Positions 8,228 through 18,500 of a DNA stretch of 64,000 nucleotides are shown here, piece by piece. The stretch's first letter is position 1. Each line of letters starts with the position of its first letter. The notes under the pieces are model-generated. The model saw only the letters and a list, made by a program, of their open reading frames with translations. It did not search any database and was not told the origin of the DNA. The stretch comes from an uncultured Clostridia bacterium (lineage in GTDB: Bacteria; Bacillota; Clostridia; Christensenellales; Aristaeellaceae), in the NCBI GenBank assembly GCA_934636425.1, contig CAKUAV010000001.1, forward strand, positions 6,072-70,071. Reading direction: 5' to 3'. The position numbers and the translations under genes are program-made.

Positions 8228-9334
8228 TCACTCGCCCAGCAGCGCTTTCCGATGCCGCGGCCAGAAGTGGCTCAGATACTCGCCAGCGACCGCCGCGCCG
8301 CCCCGGCCGTCGGGATGGCCGCCGAACGCCGCAAAATTGTCGCGCGGAATCGGCTGGCAGAGCATGGCGGCGATGTCGAACACAGCGTCCGCGCCCAGTC
8401 CGTCCTCGCGGATGGCGTTCACCGCCGAGCGCCACATCTCCTCGTTGCGCTCGGTCATGTCGAAGGGCGGTATGGTCAGCAGCACGACCCTCGTATGCTT
8501 CTCAGACTCGTGCAGCGCGCGGATCGCCGAGCGGAGGTTGTCGATCAGCTGCGGGCCGCAGCCCTGAAAGATGTCATTCACGCCGAAGCAGAGATTGACG
8601 ATATCGCCCTGCTTGGCCTTATTGAGCCACGCGCCGTCCTGCGCCGCGTCCTCGCCCCGGCCATAGCCCAGGCCGATGTTCCACACCGCCACGTCCTTCT
8701 CCATGCCCATGGCGATGCGCGTCGCCCACTGCTCGTATTCGTTCACGCGCGTGCCGCAGCCCTGTGTGATGGAATCGCCCATGAACACCATCTGCGCGCG
8801 CACGGCGCGGTCGGCGGCGAACTGATCGGGCAATACGGCCATCTGATCGGGCGCAAGCGCCTCCTGCCCGTCGAAGCAATGATCGCCCTGCGCCGCATAG
8901 CACAGTGCCTGACTGTCGGGCGTGGCGGGCAGGCGGCAGTGATCCTCCAGCGCGCGCAGGCACCAGCTGTAGACGATATATCCGTTCTCAGGCACGTCGA
9001 TTTCGACCGGCGCGCTGGTGACGCACGCCCCCGGCTCGACGACGCTCTGCGGCCACTCGACGCCGACCATCGCGCCTGTCAGAGCCGCGCTTTCATCCGC
9101 CGCGCCCACCGAGGCCGAGACGATCTCGAACCGGCTGCCCGGCAGATCGGCATAGGATTCGCTGCCGTCGGCCCATGTGCTGTCCACACTGTTGCTGAAG
9201 AAGAAGCGCCAGTTAAGCCGCCCCGCCTCGAGCGGACGCAGCAGAACGCGGAATGTGCGCGCCTCGCCGCGATTCAGCGCGATAAAATAGTTGTGGGACG
9301 TGCTGATGCCCGTATTGGATGCAAACATACTCAT
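8228..9334 (-). CDS. SGNH/GDSL hydrolase family protein with an N-terminal beta-sandwich-like domain
   Basis: SGNH blocks are present: FMGDSITQG (block I), GLGYGRG (block II) and FGVNDI (block III). Confidence 0.85.
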   Translation of the reverse strand: MSMFASNTGISTSHNYFIALNRGEARTFRVLLRPLEAGRLNWRFFFSNSVDSTWADGSESYADLPGSRFEIVSASVGAADESAALTGAMVGVEWPQSVVEPGACVTSAPVEIDVPENGYIVYSWCLRALEDHCRLPATPDSQALCYAAQGDHCFDGQEALAPDQMAVLPDQFAADRAVRAQMVFMGDSITQGCGTRVNEYEQWATRIAMGMEKDVAVWNIGLGYGRGEDAAQDGAWLNKAKQGDIVNLCFGVNDIFQGCGPQLIDNLRSAIRALHESEKHTRVVLLTIPPFDMTERNEEMWRSAVNAIREDGLGADAVFDIAAMLCQPIPRDNFAAFGGHPDGRGGAAVAGEYLSHFWPRHRKALLGE

Positions 9335-9440
9335 ATCGTCCTTTCGTTTTATGTCTGAGGAAGCTCGATCTCATGCGCGGGGAACAGCCTCGGCAGCCGT
9401 CTGTGATAGTCCCTTCCCGTGAGAAAAGCCGGATAAAAAA

Positions 9441-9750
9441 GCGCCTGTAACGCGCCTGCGGAAAACAACCTCATTCCCCCGCAAACAATCCATCACCCAT
9501 GAAAAGCGCTGAGAACCAGAATGCGTAACGGCACGGCGCGACTGCGCGAAAACGCCATCATCCCGCAAGCAATCCATCACCCATGAAAAGCGCCGAATTC
9601 CAGAATGCGCAACGGTACGGAACGGCGCGCCTGTGGAGAACGCCCCTATCCCTGCAAACACTCCATCGCCCATAAAAAACGCAGAATGCCGGAATGCGTA
9701 AGGCACGACGCGCCCCGCGAAAAAACGCCCTCATTCGCCGCCCGCCGTCA
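9441..9750. repeat. tandem repeat, about 3.5 units of 85-89 bp
   Basis: Units begin near 9457, 9543, 9632 and 9717. The conserved core is GCAA(A/G)CAATCCATCACCCATGAAAAGCGC...CCAGAATGCG(T/C)AACGG, and GCAAxC recurs at 9481, 9565 and 9654. Confidence 0.85.
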
Positions 9751-9802
9751 AGAACGCCCAGCCCTTCCTGCCGGAAAGCCAAATGCGGTCATCCCGCACA
9801 TC

Positions 9803-10339
9803 TCATCGCACATCGCGCCACGCCTTGGGCGCGTCGCCCGGATCGGCGGCCTCGCGCAGGAACTTGACATACCACGTCACGCCCAGCCACCTGCCCATCT
9901 TATAGCCGGTGCGCGGCATGACGCACATCCTCTCATAGCCCAGCTTTTCATGGAAGGCGCAGCTGGCGGCGTTTTCCTCGGTCACGAGGGCGTAGGCGCA
10001 GACATAGCCCATGCGCCCAAGCGCGTCCTCGAGCAGCGCGTAAAACCGCCGCCCGACGCCCCGTCCATGCCACCTTTCGCCGATGTAGACCGACAGATCC
10101 GCGTCCCAGCAGTAGGCGCGGCGCTCAAAGGCGCGGTCGGCGTAGGCATAGCCTATGATTTCGCCGTTTTCCTCCGCCACGAACCACGGAAAATCCCGCG
10201 CAATCCGTTCGAACCGCGCCGCAAACGCCTCGAGCGAGGGCGTTTCGTATTCGAACGACACGGTGGTCTCTTCGACATACGGCCTGTAAATCTCCCGCAT
10301 GGCCGCAACGTCCGCCCTCGTCGCTTCTCTGTAAATCAT
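9803..10339 (-). CDS. GNAT family N-acetyltransferase (phosphinothricin-acetyltransferase-like)
   Basis: The 178-aa sequence has the acetyl-CoA motif RGVGRRFYALLEDAL and the arrangement ...VTEENAASCAFHEKLGY. Its start overlaps the cca stop by 4 nt. Confidence 0.85.
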   Translation of the reverse strand: MIYREATRADVAAMREIYRPYVEETTVSFEYETPSLEAFAARFERIARDFPWFVAEENGEIIGYAYADRAFERRAYCWDADLSVYIGERWHGRGVGRRFYALLEDALGRMGYVCAYALVTEENAASCAFHEKLGYERMCVMPRTGYKMGRWLGVTWYVKFLREAADPGDAPKAWRDVR

Positions 10340-11727
10340 GCCTGTTCCTCCGCCCGTTCGGGTTCGTCGTCCCGCGCTGCGGCTTCCCCGTCCTGCGCAG
10401 CGACCGCGCCGGGCGTCTCAATGCTGTCGGCCGATGCTTCCGGCGCGTTTTCGGCGGACTGTGCGCCCTTTCCGCGCCGCCTGCGCTTCTTTTTGCCCGC
10501 ATTCGCCTTTTCCGAGGCGGCCTTTTCGGCGCGCGCGTTGAGCTCCTGCCGCACGGCGTCCAGAAGCGCCTGCTTTTCATTGGGCAGCGCGCCCTCCATG
10601 ACGCGCTCGAGCAGGCCGTTCAGGCATTCGCCGATCATGCGGCGCGTCACGCCCACGCGGAACACGTCGTCGCCATTGACGGCGAGCTGCTTCAGGCTCA
10701 CGCAGTCGCCCTGCTGAACGATCATGTGGCACAGCGCCGTGACGTGCGCGCTCTGGATTTCGGCCAGACCCAGCATCAGCTCCTCGCCGCACTCTCCGGC
10801 CAGGCGGCGCATCCCGATGCGGTCGGCGGGCATGGGCGTTTTGACGCGCGAAATGACGCTCTCAATGAACTTGCGGCTGACCTTGCTGGTCTTGAGCCGC
10901 GCCACGCATTCGCGCGCCGACTCGGCGGGCAGATCGCACAAAAGCGCCGCCAGACGCAATTCGGGCACGGGCGACACCAGCGCCATGCGCCGCGCGGCGA
11001 GCATGTACTCGTCCCCGGACAGCGCGCGCAGCTCGGGCATAATGACCTCGAACACATCGCGGTATTCGAGCGCGATCGATTCGGCGCGCGCGCCGCAGAG
11101 CAGCTTTTTCAGCTCGGTGAGTATGCGCTCCACGGCGATTTTCGAGAGGTTTTCGCGCTCCAGATGCACGGCGCGCGCCGTACCCGCCTCGATGTCGAAA
11201 TCGAGAACGGAGGAAAAGCGCAGCGCGCGCAGTATCCTCAGCGCGTCCTCGTCAAAGCGCACCTCGGGCTCGCCCACGCAGCGGATGATTCTGTGCTCGA
11301 GATCCTCCTCGCCGCCCACATAGTCGATCAGCCCCGCCTGCTCGCTCCAGCACAGCGCGTTAACCGTGAAATCGCGCCGCTGAACATCCTCGTAGAGATT
11401 GCCGGTGAACACCACGTCGTCCGGATGGCGGCCGTCCTCGTATTCGCCGTCGATGCGGAATGTGGTGATCTCGATGGGCTGGCCGTATTTTATCAGCGTC
11501 ACAGTGCCGTGCTTTAAGCCGTTGGTGACCAGCCGGTCTCGGGCAAAGAGCGCCATGACCTCATCGGGCAGCGCATTGGTGGTCACGTCGTAGTCGCTGG
11601 GCGTTTTGCCGAGCAGAGAATCGCGCACGCTGCCGCCCACGATATACGCCTGATAGCCCGCGCCGGCGAGCGATTTGACCGCATACTGCGCGGATCGGGG
11701 CAGATGGATTTTCATATCGTTCATCAC
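10336..11727 (-). CDS. cca: CCA tRNA nucleotidyltransferase with a charged low-complexity C-terminal tail
   Basis: The N-terminus (YIVGGSVRDSLLGKTPSDYDVTT) is the class II nucleotidyltransferase motif. The RRDFTVNAL motif is present. The last ~80 aa are Lys/Arg/Ala/Glu-rich. Confidence 0.9.
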   Translation of the reverse strand: MMNDMKIHLPRSAQYAVKSLAGAGYQAYIVGGSVRDSLLGKTPSDYDVTTNALPDEVMALFARDRLVTNGLKHGTVTLIKYGQPIEITTFRIDGEYEDGRHPDDVVFTGNLYEDVQRRDFTVNALCWSEQAGLIDYVGGEEDLEHRIIRCVGEPEVRFDEDALRILRALRFSSVLDFDIEAGTARAVHLERENLSKIAVERILTELKKLLCGARAESIALEYRDVFEVIMPELRALSGDEYMLAARRMALVSPVPELRLAALLCDLPAESARECVARLKTSKVSRKFIESVISRVKTPMPADRIGMRRLAGECGEELMLGLAEIQSAHVTALCHMIVQQGDCVSLKQLAVNGDDVFRVGVTRRMIGECLNGLLERVMEGALPNEKQALLDAVRQELNARAEKAASEKANAGKKKRRRRGKGAQSAENAPEASADSIETPGAVAAQDGEAAARDDEPERAEEQA

Positions 11728-11787
11728 TGTCCTTTATGAAGCGGCGCGCCAAAAACCTGTGGCAATAGCGCGCGCCGTGTGGTATAC

Positions 11788-11815
11788 TTGAAGCAGAATA
11801 ATTCCCGTTTATTAT
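11788..11815 (+). promoter_or_regulatory. candidate promoter for dnaE
   Basis: TTGAAG, a 16-nt spacer and TATTAT sit about 48 nt upstream of the dnaE ATG, in an AT-rich divergent intergenic region. Confidence 0.5.
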
Positions 11816-11862
11816 AGCACACAATCTCCGCACGGAAAAGAGAATTTATCGGGAGGACGGAT

Positions 11863-14800
11863 ATGTTCGCGCATCTTCATATGCACACGGAATACAGCCT
11901 GCTGGACGGCGCCAGCCGCATCGAGCCGCTGCTGGGCAAAATTCAGGCGCTGGGCATGACCCACTGCGCCATCACCGACCACGGCGCGATGTACGGCGTG
12001 GTGGATTTTTATCAGCAGGCATTAAAGCGCAACATCCATCCCGTCATCGGCTGCGAGGTCTATATCTGCCACGATCTGACCGACAAGACGTCGGGCGCGC
12101 GCGACTACAGCCATCTGATACTGCTGTGCGAAAACCAGAAGGGCTATGAAAACCTCATCTATATGGTCAGCCGCGGCTTTGTGGACGGCTTTTACTACAA
12201 GCCCCGCATAGACTACAATCTGCTCGCCGAGCGGCACGAGGGACTCATCGGCCTGTCCGCCTGCATTTCGGGCGACATTCCCTCGCTGCTGCTGGACGGC
12301 CGCGAGCGCGACGCGCGCGCCATGGCGCAGAAATACCTCGACATATTCGGGCGCGGCAATTTCTTCATCGAAATACAGGATCACGGCCTTGAGAACCAGA
12401 AGCGCGTGCTGCCCGGCCTGATCGATCTGGCGCGGGAGATGGACATCCCCCTCGTCGCCACGAACGACTGCCACTACATCAACCGCGAGGACGCACAGGC
12501 GCAGGAAGTGCTCATGTGCATACAGACCGGCAAGACGCTGGGCGACGAAAAGCGCATGCGCATGGAGTGCGACGAGATGTTCGTCAAATCCGAGGCGGAA
12601 ATGCGGGAAGTATTCCCAAATCTTCCCGAGGCGCTCGAGAACACCGTCAAAATCGCCGAGCGCTGCCATGTGGAGTTCGACTTCAAGACCACGCATCTGC
12701 CGCGCTTTCCGCTGCCCGAGGGCACGACCGCGAAGGACTATCTGCGCTCTCTCTGCGAGGAGGGCTTTAAGCGCCATTACGCCCCCGACCGGCAGGACGC
12801 GCGCGAGCGCCTCGATTACGAATTGTCGGTCATCGAGCGCATGGGCTATGTGGACTACTTCCTCATCGTCTGGGACTATGTGAACTACGCCAAGAAGAAC
12901 GGCATACTCGTCGGCCCCGGGCGCGGCAGCGGCGCGGGCTCTCTGGCCTGCTACTGCCTGGACATCACCGCCATCGATCCGCTCAGATACGATCTGCTCT
13001 TCGAGCGCTTCCTGAACCCCGAGCGCGTGTCCATGCCCGATCTGGACATAGACTTCGACTACGAGCGGCGCGGCGAGGTGATCGATTACGTCGCCCGGCG
13101 CTACGGCGCGGATCACGTCTCGCAGATCATCACATTCGGCACAATGGCGGCCAAGGCCGTGGTGCGCGACGTCGGGCGCGTCATGGACATGAGCTACGCC
13201 GAGACCGACGCTGTGGCCAAGATGATCCCCTTCGCGCTGGACATGACGCTCGACAAGGCGCTCTCGATCAATTCCGAGTTCAAGGCGGCCTATGACAACG
13301 ACGAGCGCGTCAGAACGCTCGTCGACACGGCGCGCAAGCTCGAGGGCATGCCGCGCCACGCCTCGACCCACGCGGCCGGCGTGCTGATCACCAGCCGCCC
13401 CGTGTACGAATATGTGCCGCTGCAGACCAACGACGGCGTGGTCACGACGCAGTTCCCCAAGGACACACTGGAGCATCTGGGGCTGCTCAAGATGGACTTT
13501 CTGGGGCTGCGCACGCTCACCGTCATCGGAGACACGCTGGCCATGATCGAGGAGGGCGGCGGGCCGCATATGACCCCCGAGGACATTCCCATGGACGACA
13601 AGGGCGTGTTCGACATGATCTCCGAGGGTGACACCGACGGCATATTCCAGATGGAAGGCGGCGGCATGCGCGCATTCCTGGCCAACATGAAGCCCGCCTG
13701 CTTCGAGGACATCATCGCCGCCATATCGCTCTACCGACCCGGCCCCATGGAGTCCATACCGCGCTTCATCGCCGGCAAGCAGAAGCCCGAGACGGTCAAA
13801 TACCTGCATCCCAAGCTCAAGCCGATTCTGGGCGTCACATACGGCTGCATGGTCTATCAGGAGCAGGTCATGCAGATCGTGCGCGATCTGGCCGGCTACT
13901 CGATGGGGCGCAGCGACCTCGTGCGCCGCGCCATGGCCAAGAAAAAGCACGACGTCATGGCGCAGGAGAAGGAAATCTTCATACACGGCAAGGTGGAGGC
14001 CGATGGCAGCGTCTCCGTGCCCGGCGCTGTGCGCAACGGCGTGCCGGAGGAGGTCGCCGAGCAGCTCTTCGAAGAGATGACCGCCTTCGCCAGCTACGCC
14101 TTCAACAAGCCGCACGCCGCGGGCTACGCCGTGGTCGCGCTCCAGACCGCGTGGCTCAAGCTGCACCATCCCGCCGAATTCATGGCCGCGATGATGAACT
14201 CTGTCGCGGGCAATCCGGTCAAGGTGGCCTTCTACATACAGTATCTGCGCAAGAAGGGCATCGCCGTGCTGCCGCCGGACGTGAACAAGAGCGGCGAAAA
14301 GTTCTCCGTCGACCGCGAGGGCGGAAAAAGCGCCGTGCGCTTCGGCCTCAACGCCGTCAAAAACGTCGGTCATGCGCCGATATTCGCCATTACGGAGGAG
14401 GTCAAAAAGGGCGGCGCTTTCCGCGACATCAACGAGTTCATCGACCGCGTGCCCTCCGAATCGCTCACAAAGCGCGTTGTGGAATCGCTCATAAAGGCGG
14501 GCGCGCTCGACTCGCTGCCCGGCAACCGCGCCCAGAAGCTCTCGGTCTACGAGACCATCATGGACGGCGCATCCAAGCGACGCAAGAACGTCGTCGAGGG
14601 GCAGCTCTCGCTCTTCGATGCGCTGGGCGACGAAACGCTCGCCGTGCCCCCCACGCCGCTGCCCGATCTGCCCGAGCTTGCGCCCCGCGCGCTGCTCTCG
14701 CTCGAAAAGGAAATGACCGGCGTGTACATCACCGGCCACCCGCTGGACGAATACCGCGAGGAGCTGAGCCAGCTGGACGTAAACACCCGCACGCTGTCGC

Positions 14801-15417
14801 TGCTCAGCGAGGAATCCGAGGACAGGGGTCTCTCGATGGACGGCACGCGCGCCGTGATGGGCGGCATCGTGACCGAGGTCAAGACCAAGGCCACCCGCAA
14901 GGGCGACATGATGGCCTTCGCCACGCTGGAGGACTTTTACGGCTCCACAGAAGCGCTGATATTCCCGAAAACCTACGAAAAGTATCGTTCGCTCCTTCAA
15001 ACGGACGCGCTGGTGCTCATGCAGGGTCGGCTCTCCGTGCGCGAGGACGAAGCGCCGCGGCTCATCCCCGACAGCGTCATGCCGCTTTCCCACATCGACA
15101 TAAGCGCCCTCAAGCGCGAGGCCGGCCGCGACAAATACGGCCGCACGCCTCCGCCGCCCGCGCCGGACGATCTGCCGCCCGCAGAGCCGCCGTTCGAGCC
15201 TGCGCCGCGCAAGCTCTATCTCAAGGCGAAAAACGAGACCGCGCGCGATCAGGCGCTCTCGATTCTCTCGCGCACGCCCGGCCATATCCGCGTGACGTTC
15301 GTCATGGCCGACAGCGGCAAGGCGTTCCTCGCGCCCGAGAAATACTGGGTGAGCGAGGCCGCCGATCTGGCCGCGCTCAAAGATCTGCTGGGCGACAAAG
15401 CCGTCGTGATGAAATAA
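11863..15417 (+). CDS. dnaE: DNA polymerase III subunit alpha
   Basis: RBS GGGAGGA is present. The PHP domain start is FAHLHMHTEYSLLDG. The 1184-aa length and the fingers and OB-fold regions are recognisable. Confidence 0.97.
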   Translation: MFAHLHMHTEYSLLDGASRIEPLLGKIQALGMTHCAITDHGAMYGVVDFYQQALKRNIHPVIGCEVYICHDLTDKTSGARDYSHLILLCENQKGYENLIYMVSRGFVDGFYYKPRIDYNLLAERHEGLIGLSACISGDIPSLLLDGRERDARAMAQKYLDIFGRGNFFIEIQDHGLENQKRVLPGLIDLAREMDIPLVATNDCHYINREDAQAQEVLMCIQTGKTLGDEKRMRMECDEMFVKSEAEMREVFPNLPEALENTVKIAERCHVEFDFKTTHLPRFPLPEGTTAKDYLRSLCEEGFKRHYAPDRQDARERLDYELSVIERMGYVDYFLIVWDYVNYAKKNGILVGPGRGSGAGSLACYCLDITAIDPLRYDLLFERFLNPERVSMPDLDIDFDYERRGEVIDYVARRYGADHVSQIITFGTMAAKAVVRDVGRVMDMSYAETDAVAKMIPFALDMTLDKALSINSEFKAAYDNDERVRTLVDTARKLEGMPRHASTHAAGVLITSRPVYEYVPLQTNDGVVTTQFPKDTLEHLGLLKMDFLGLRTLTVIGDTLAMIEEGGGPHMTPEDIPMDDKGVFDMISEGDTDGIFQMEGGGMRAFLANMKPACFEDIIAAISLYRPGPMESIPRFIAGKQKPETVKYLHPKLKPILGVTYGCMVYQEQVMQIVRDLAGYSMGRSDLVRRAMAKKKHDVMAQEKEIFIHGKVEADGSVSVPGAVRNGVPEEVAEQLFEEMTAFASYAFNKPHAAGYAVVALQTAWLKLHHPAEFMAAMMNSVAGNPVKVAFYIQYLRKKGIAVLPPDVNKSGEKFSVDREGGKSAVRFGLNAVKNVGHAPIFAITEEVKKGGAFRDINEFIDRVPSESLTKRVVESLIKAGALDSLPGNRAQKLSVYETIMDGASKRRKNVVEGQLSLFDALGDETLAVPPTPLPDLPELAPRALLSLEKEMTGVYITGHPLDEYREELSQLDVNTRTLSLLSEESEDRGLSMDGTRAVMGGIVTEVKTKATRKGDMMAFATLEDFYGSTEALIFPKTYEKYRSLLQTDALVLMQGRLSVREDEAPRLIPDSVMPLSHIDISALKREAGRDKYGRTPPPPAPDDLPPAEPPFEPAPRKLYLKAKNETARDQALSILSRTPGHIRVTFVMADSGKAFLAPEKYWVSEAADLAALKDLLGDKAVVMK

Positions 15418-15549
15418 CCCGGCAGAAAGGCAGCCAGGCCGCCGCCATAATCAGCGATCGCCCCAATGAAAGCGCCGCTGCTCCAAAGCACTGCGTCAAT
15501 CCCGCCGGAATCGGCATTTTCAAAGCATTTTCGCAAGGAGGACACCATC

Positions 15550-18500
15550 ATGAGCCTGACCGATTTCCGCGTCGTTCCCGTATCGATGGTCGATCATCAG
15601 GGTCGCCAGCGCATTGAAGTCTTCGTCAAAAGCAGCGCCTGCGGCCACGCGTCTCTTTCCGTATCCGACGAAGGCGGACGGCCTCTCGCCGAAAAGTGCG
15701 ATGTGCCGCTGCCCGGCGGCGAATGCCATGCGTCCGTGCTGCTCGCCGCGCCCGGAATCGACGTTCAGGCCGTCTGGGTTCTCACATTCGGCGGCGAAAC
15801 GGCGCGCTTTGCCTGTTTGTGGAAAGCGCCGCGCCGCTGGACGATACACATCATGATTTCCTCGCACACCGACATCGGGCTGCACAACTCGCAGTATATT
15901 CAGCGCCAAAATAGCGAGCGCTTCCTCGATCAGGCCGCCGCGCTGTGCGACCGGACCGCAGGCCGCGCCGAAAACGACCGCTACCGCTACACCATCGAGG
16001 GCACATGGTTCTTCAATAACTATCCCGCCGATCGGGGCGCGGAAAAGGCGCGCGCGCTCGTTGAAAACTACATAAAGCCCGGAAAGATCGGCCTGTGCGG
16101 CGGCATTGCGGGCAACCACACGCAGGTGTTCGGGCTGGAGGAAATGGCCCGCGCGACCTATGGACGCCGCGCGCTGTTCGACCAATGGGGCGTGAAGAGC
16201 GAGACCATGACCATGATCGACAACAACGGCCTGAGCTGGGGCATTGTGGAGCCGTTCTATGACGCGGGCTTTAAGAACATACTCTTCGCGCCCAATCAGT
16301 GGAATCCTCTGCCCTCGACCGTCTGGCGCTGCGACACGACCGTGCCCGGCTTTACCTGGAACTGCATGGCGGGCGGCGGCGGCGCGCGCATCGATATGCG
16401 CCTTGACGGCGCGCTGCCCATGGTGTTCTTCTGGCAGGGCGCGGACGAAAAGAGCCGCCTGCTCGTGTTCTGCGGCGGCATGTACGGACACTGCTCGAGC
16501 TTCGGCATCCCCGACAACACTCATGCGAACGCGCAGACGCTGGCCATGATGGAGCAGGGCACGGCGCGGAGCCTTCCGCTGATCGAGGAGAAATATCCCT
16601 TCGACGAATGGATTTCGCCCTGCTATTTCGACGATCAGGAGCCGTCGCTCGAATTGACCGACCTTCTGGCGATGTGGAACGCGCGCTGGGCGTGGCCGCA
16701 GTTCCGGGCGCTGGGCGATCCCGACCGGCCGCTCGAGCGCATCCGCGAAAAATTCGGCGACGCGATTCCCGTGCTCTCGGGCGACGTCACCGGCGGCTGG
16801 TATCAGCACCCCGTGTCCGCGCCCGAGCTGCTCGCGCGCAAATTCGAGGCCGACCGGCTGCTGCCCACCGCCGAGAAGCTGGCGACTCTCGCCGCGCTGA
16901 CCGACGAAAACTACCGCTACCCCGCCGAGGCCTTCAATCGCGCCTGGGACGCGCTGCTTTTCAACGACGAGCACTCCTACGGCACCAGCGGCTATCAGGG
17001 GCGGCGCGTTTATGAAACGTGGATGCAGCACCGCGACTGGATCGACAAGGCGCTCGATACCGCCAAAACGGAGATCGATACCGCCATGGCCGCGCTCTGC
17101 AAGGCGGCGAACGCGCCGGAAAACGCGCTGTTCTGCTTCAACCCCACGCTGCAGACGCGCACGGAGCGGATCGGCGATGCGCTGATCGAGAACATACCGC
17201 CCATGGGCTATAAGATCGCCCTGCCCGAGCCGGCCGAGAGCGCGCCCGAAAAACAGTGCGCGCAGCCGCCGGTGATCGAGAACGCCTATTACCGCGTGAG
17301 CTTCACGGCAAACGGCGCGATCGATTCGATCTATGACAAATCGCTCTGCCGCGAGCTGATCGACGAGCACGCGCCCTTCCGCGCCGCCGAGTTCGTCTAC
17401 ACGCGGGACAATCACATTTCGTTCGTCACGCCCGAAAGAGCCGCGTTCACGCTGCGCCGCGAAAAACACGCCGCGATCGTGACCGCGCGCATGGACGAAC
17501 CGGTCTCCGGCGCGGCGATCGAGCTGATCGTCACGCTGCCCGAGCACGAAAGGCGCATCGAGCTGGATATGCGGCTTCATCACGTCCGCGATCTGTTCAA
17601 CAGCGACCGCTATCACCGCTACGCCTACTGCGCCTTCCCCTTCGCCGTGGAAAACGCGCGGCGCGTCTGCCGTCTCAACGGCTGCGAGGCAGAATACGGC
17701 CGCGACGTGACCGGCCACGGCGCCGACGTATACATGGCCGCGCACGAGTGGGCGTGCGCCGAGAACGCTGCTTTCGGCGCGGCGCTCATACAGGCCGACA
17801 GCGAACTGATCGAATTCGACCACATACACCCGGACAAGACCGATTTCGGCGCGTGCGGAGACGGCTCGGCCATGTACGTCTATCTGGCCAACGACTGGCT
17901 GCAGATGCACACCTCGGGCGGCAGCGCGCTGAATTTCCGCTTCCGCTACGCGATCACATCCTATGCGGGCGATCATAAATCGGCGCATCTCTCTGACATG
18001 GCCGAGCGCTTCCTCAACCCGGTGATCGCGCGCGCCGTCCAGAGCGGCGACGGAACCGGCGCGGCGGCGTACTCCTTCCTCTCGGCCGACGCGCCCGCGC
18101 GGCTGATAACGCTCAAGCGCGCCGAGGACGGCCGCGGACTGATCGCGCGTCTGTCCGGCGAAGGAAAGCTGCCCCGCCTCACGCTGTGCGGAGAAACCGT
18201 GCCCGCGCAGAATCAGACCGCCGACGAGCGGGACAAGCCTGAAACAGGCGCGCTGACCGCGTTCACAACGCTGCGCCTCTGCCCGGACAGGGCGATCAAA
18301 ACTCGCCCCATCCCCGACTTTTCCGGACGCGGCGCGGCAAGCGTCCCCGTGGGCGCGACGTACACCGGCCTGATCGACCGTCCGCGCGCCATTCGCGGCG
18401 AGGACGACGGCATGCTCTACATACTCTGGGGGCGCTGCGCGGAAAAGGATCACGCCTACGATCTGATCTACAGGAGCGAGGCAGGCGGCTTCGACGCGGA

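Noticed and set aside
9371-9706. 111-aa ORF spanning the 86-bp tandem repeat.
   Set aside because: It is just the translated repeat (HSGxxRFSWVMDCLR twice). It has no RBS and its composition is implausible for a protein.
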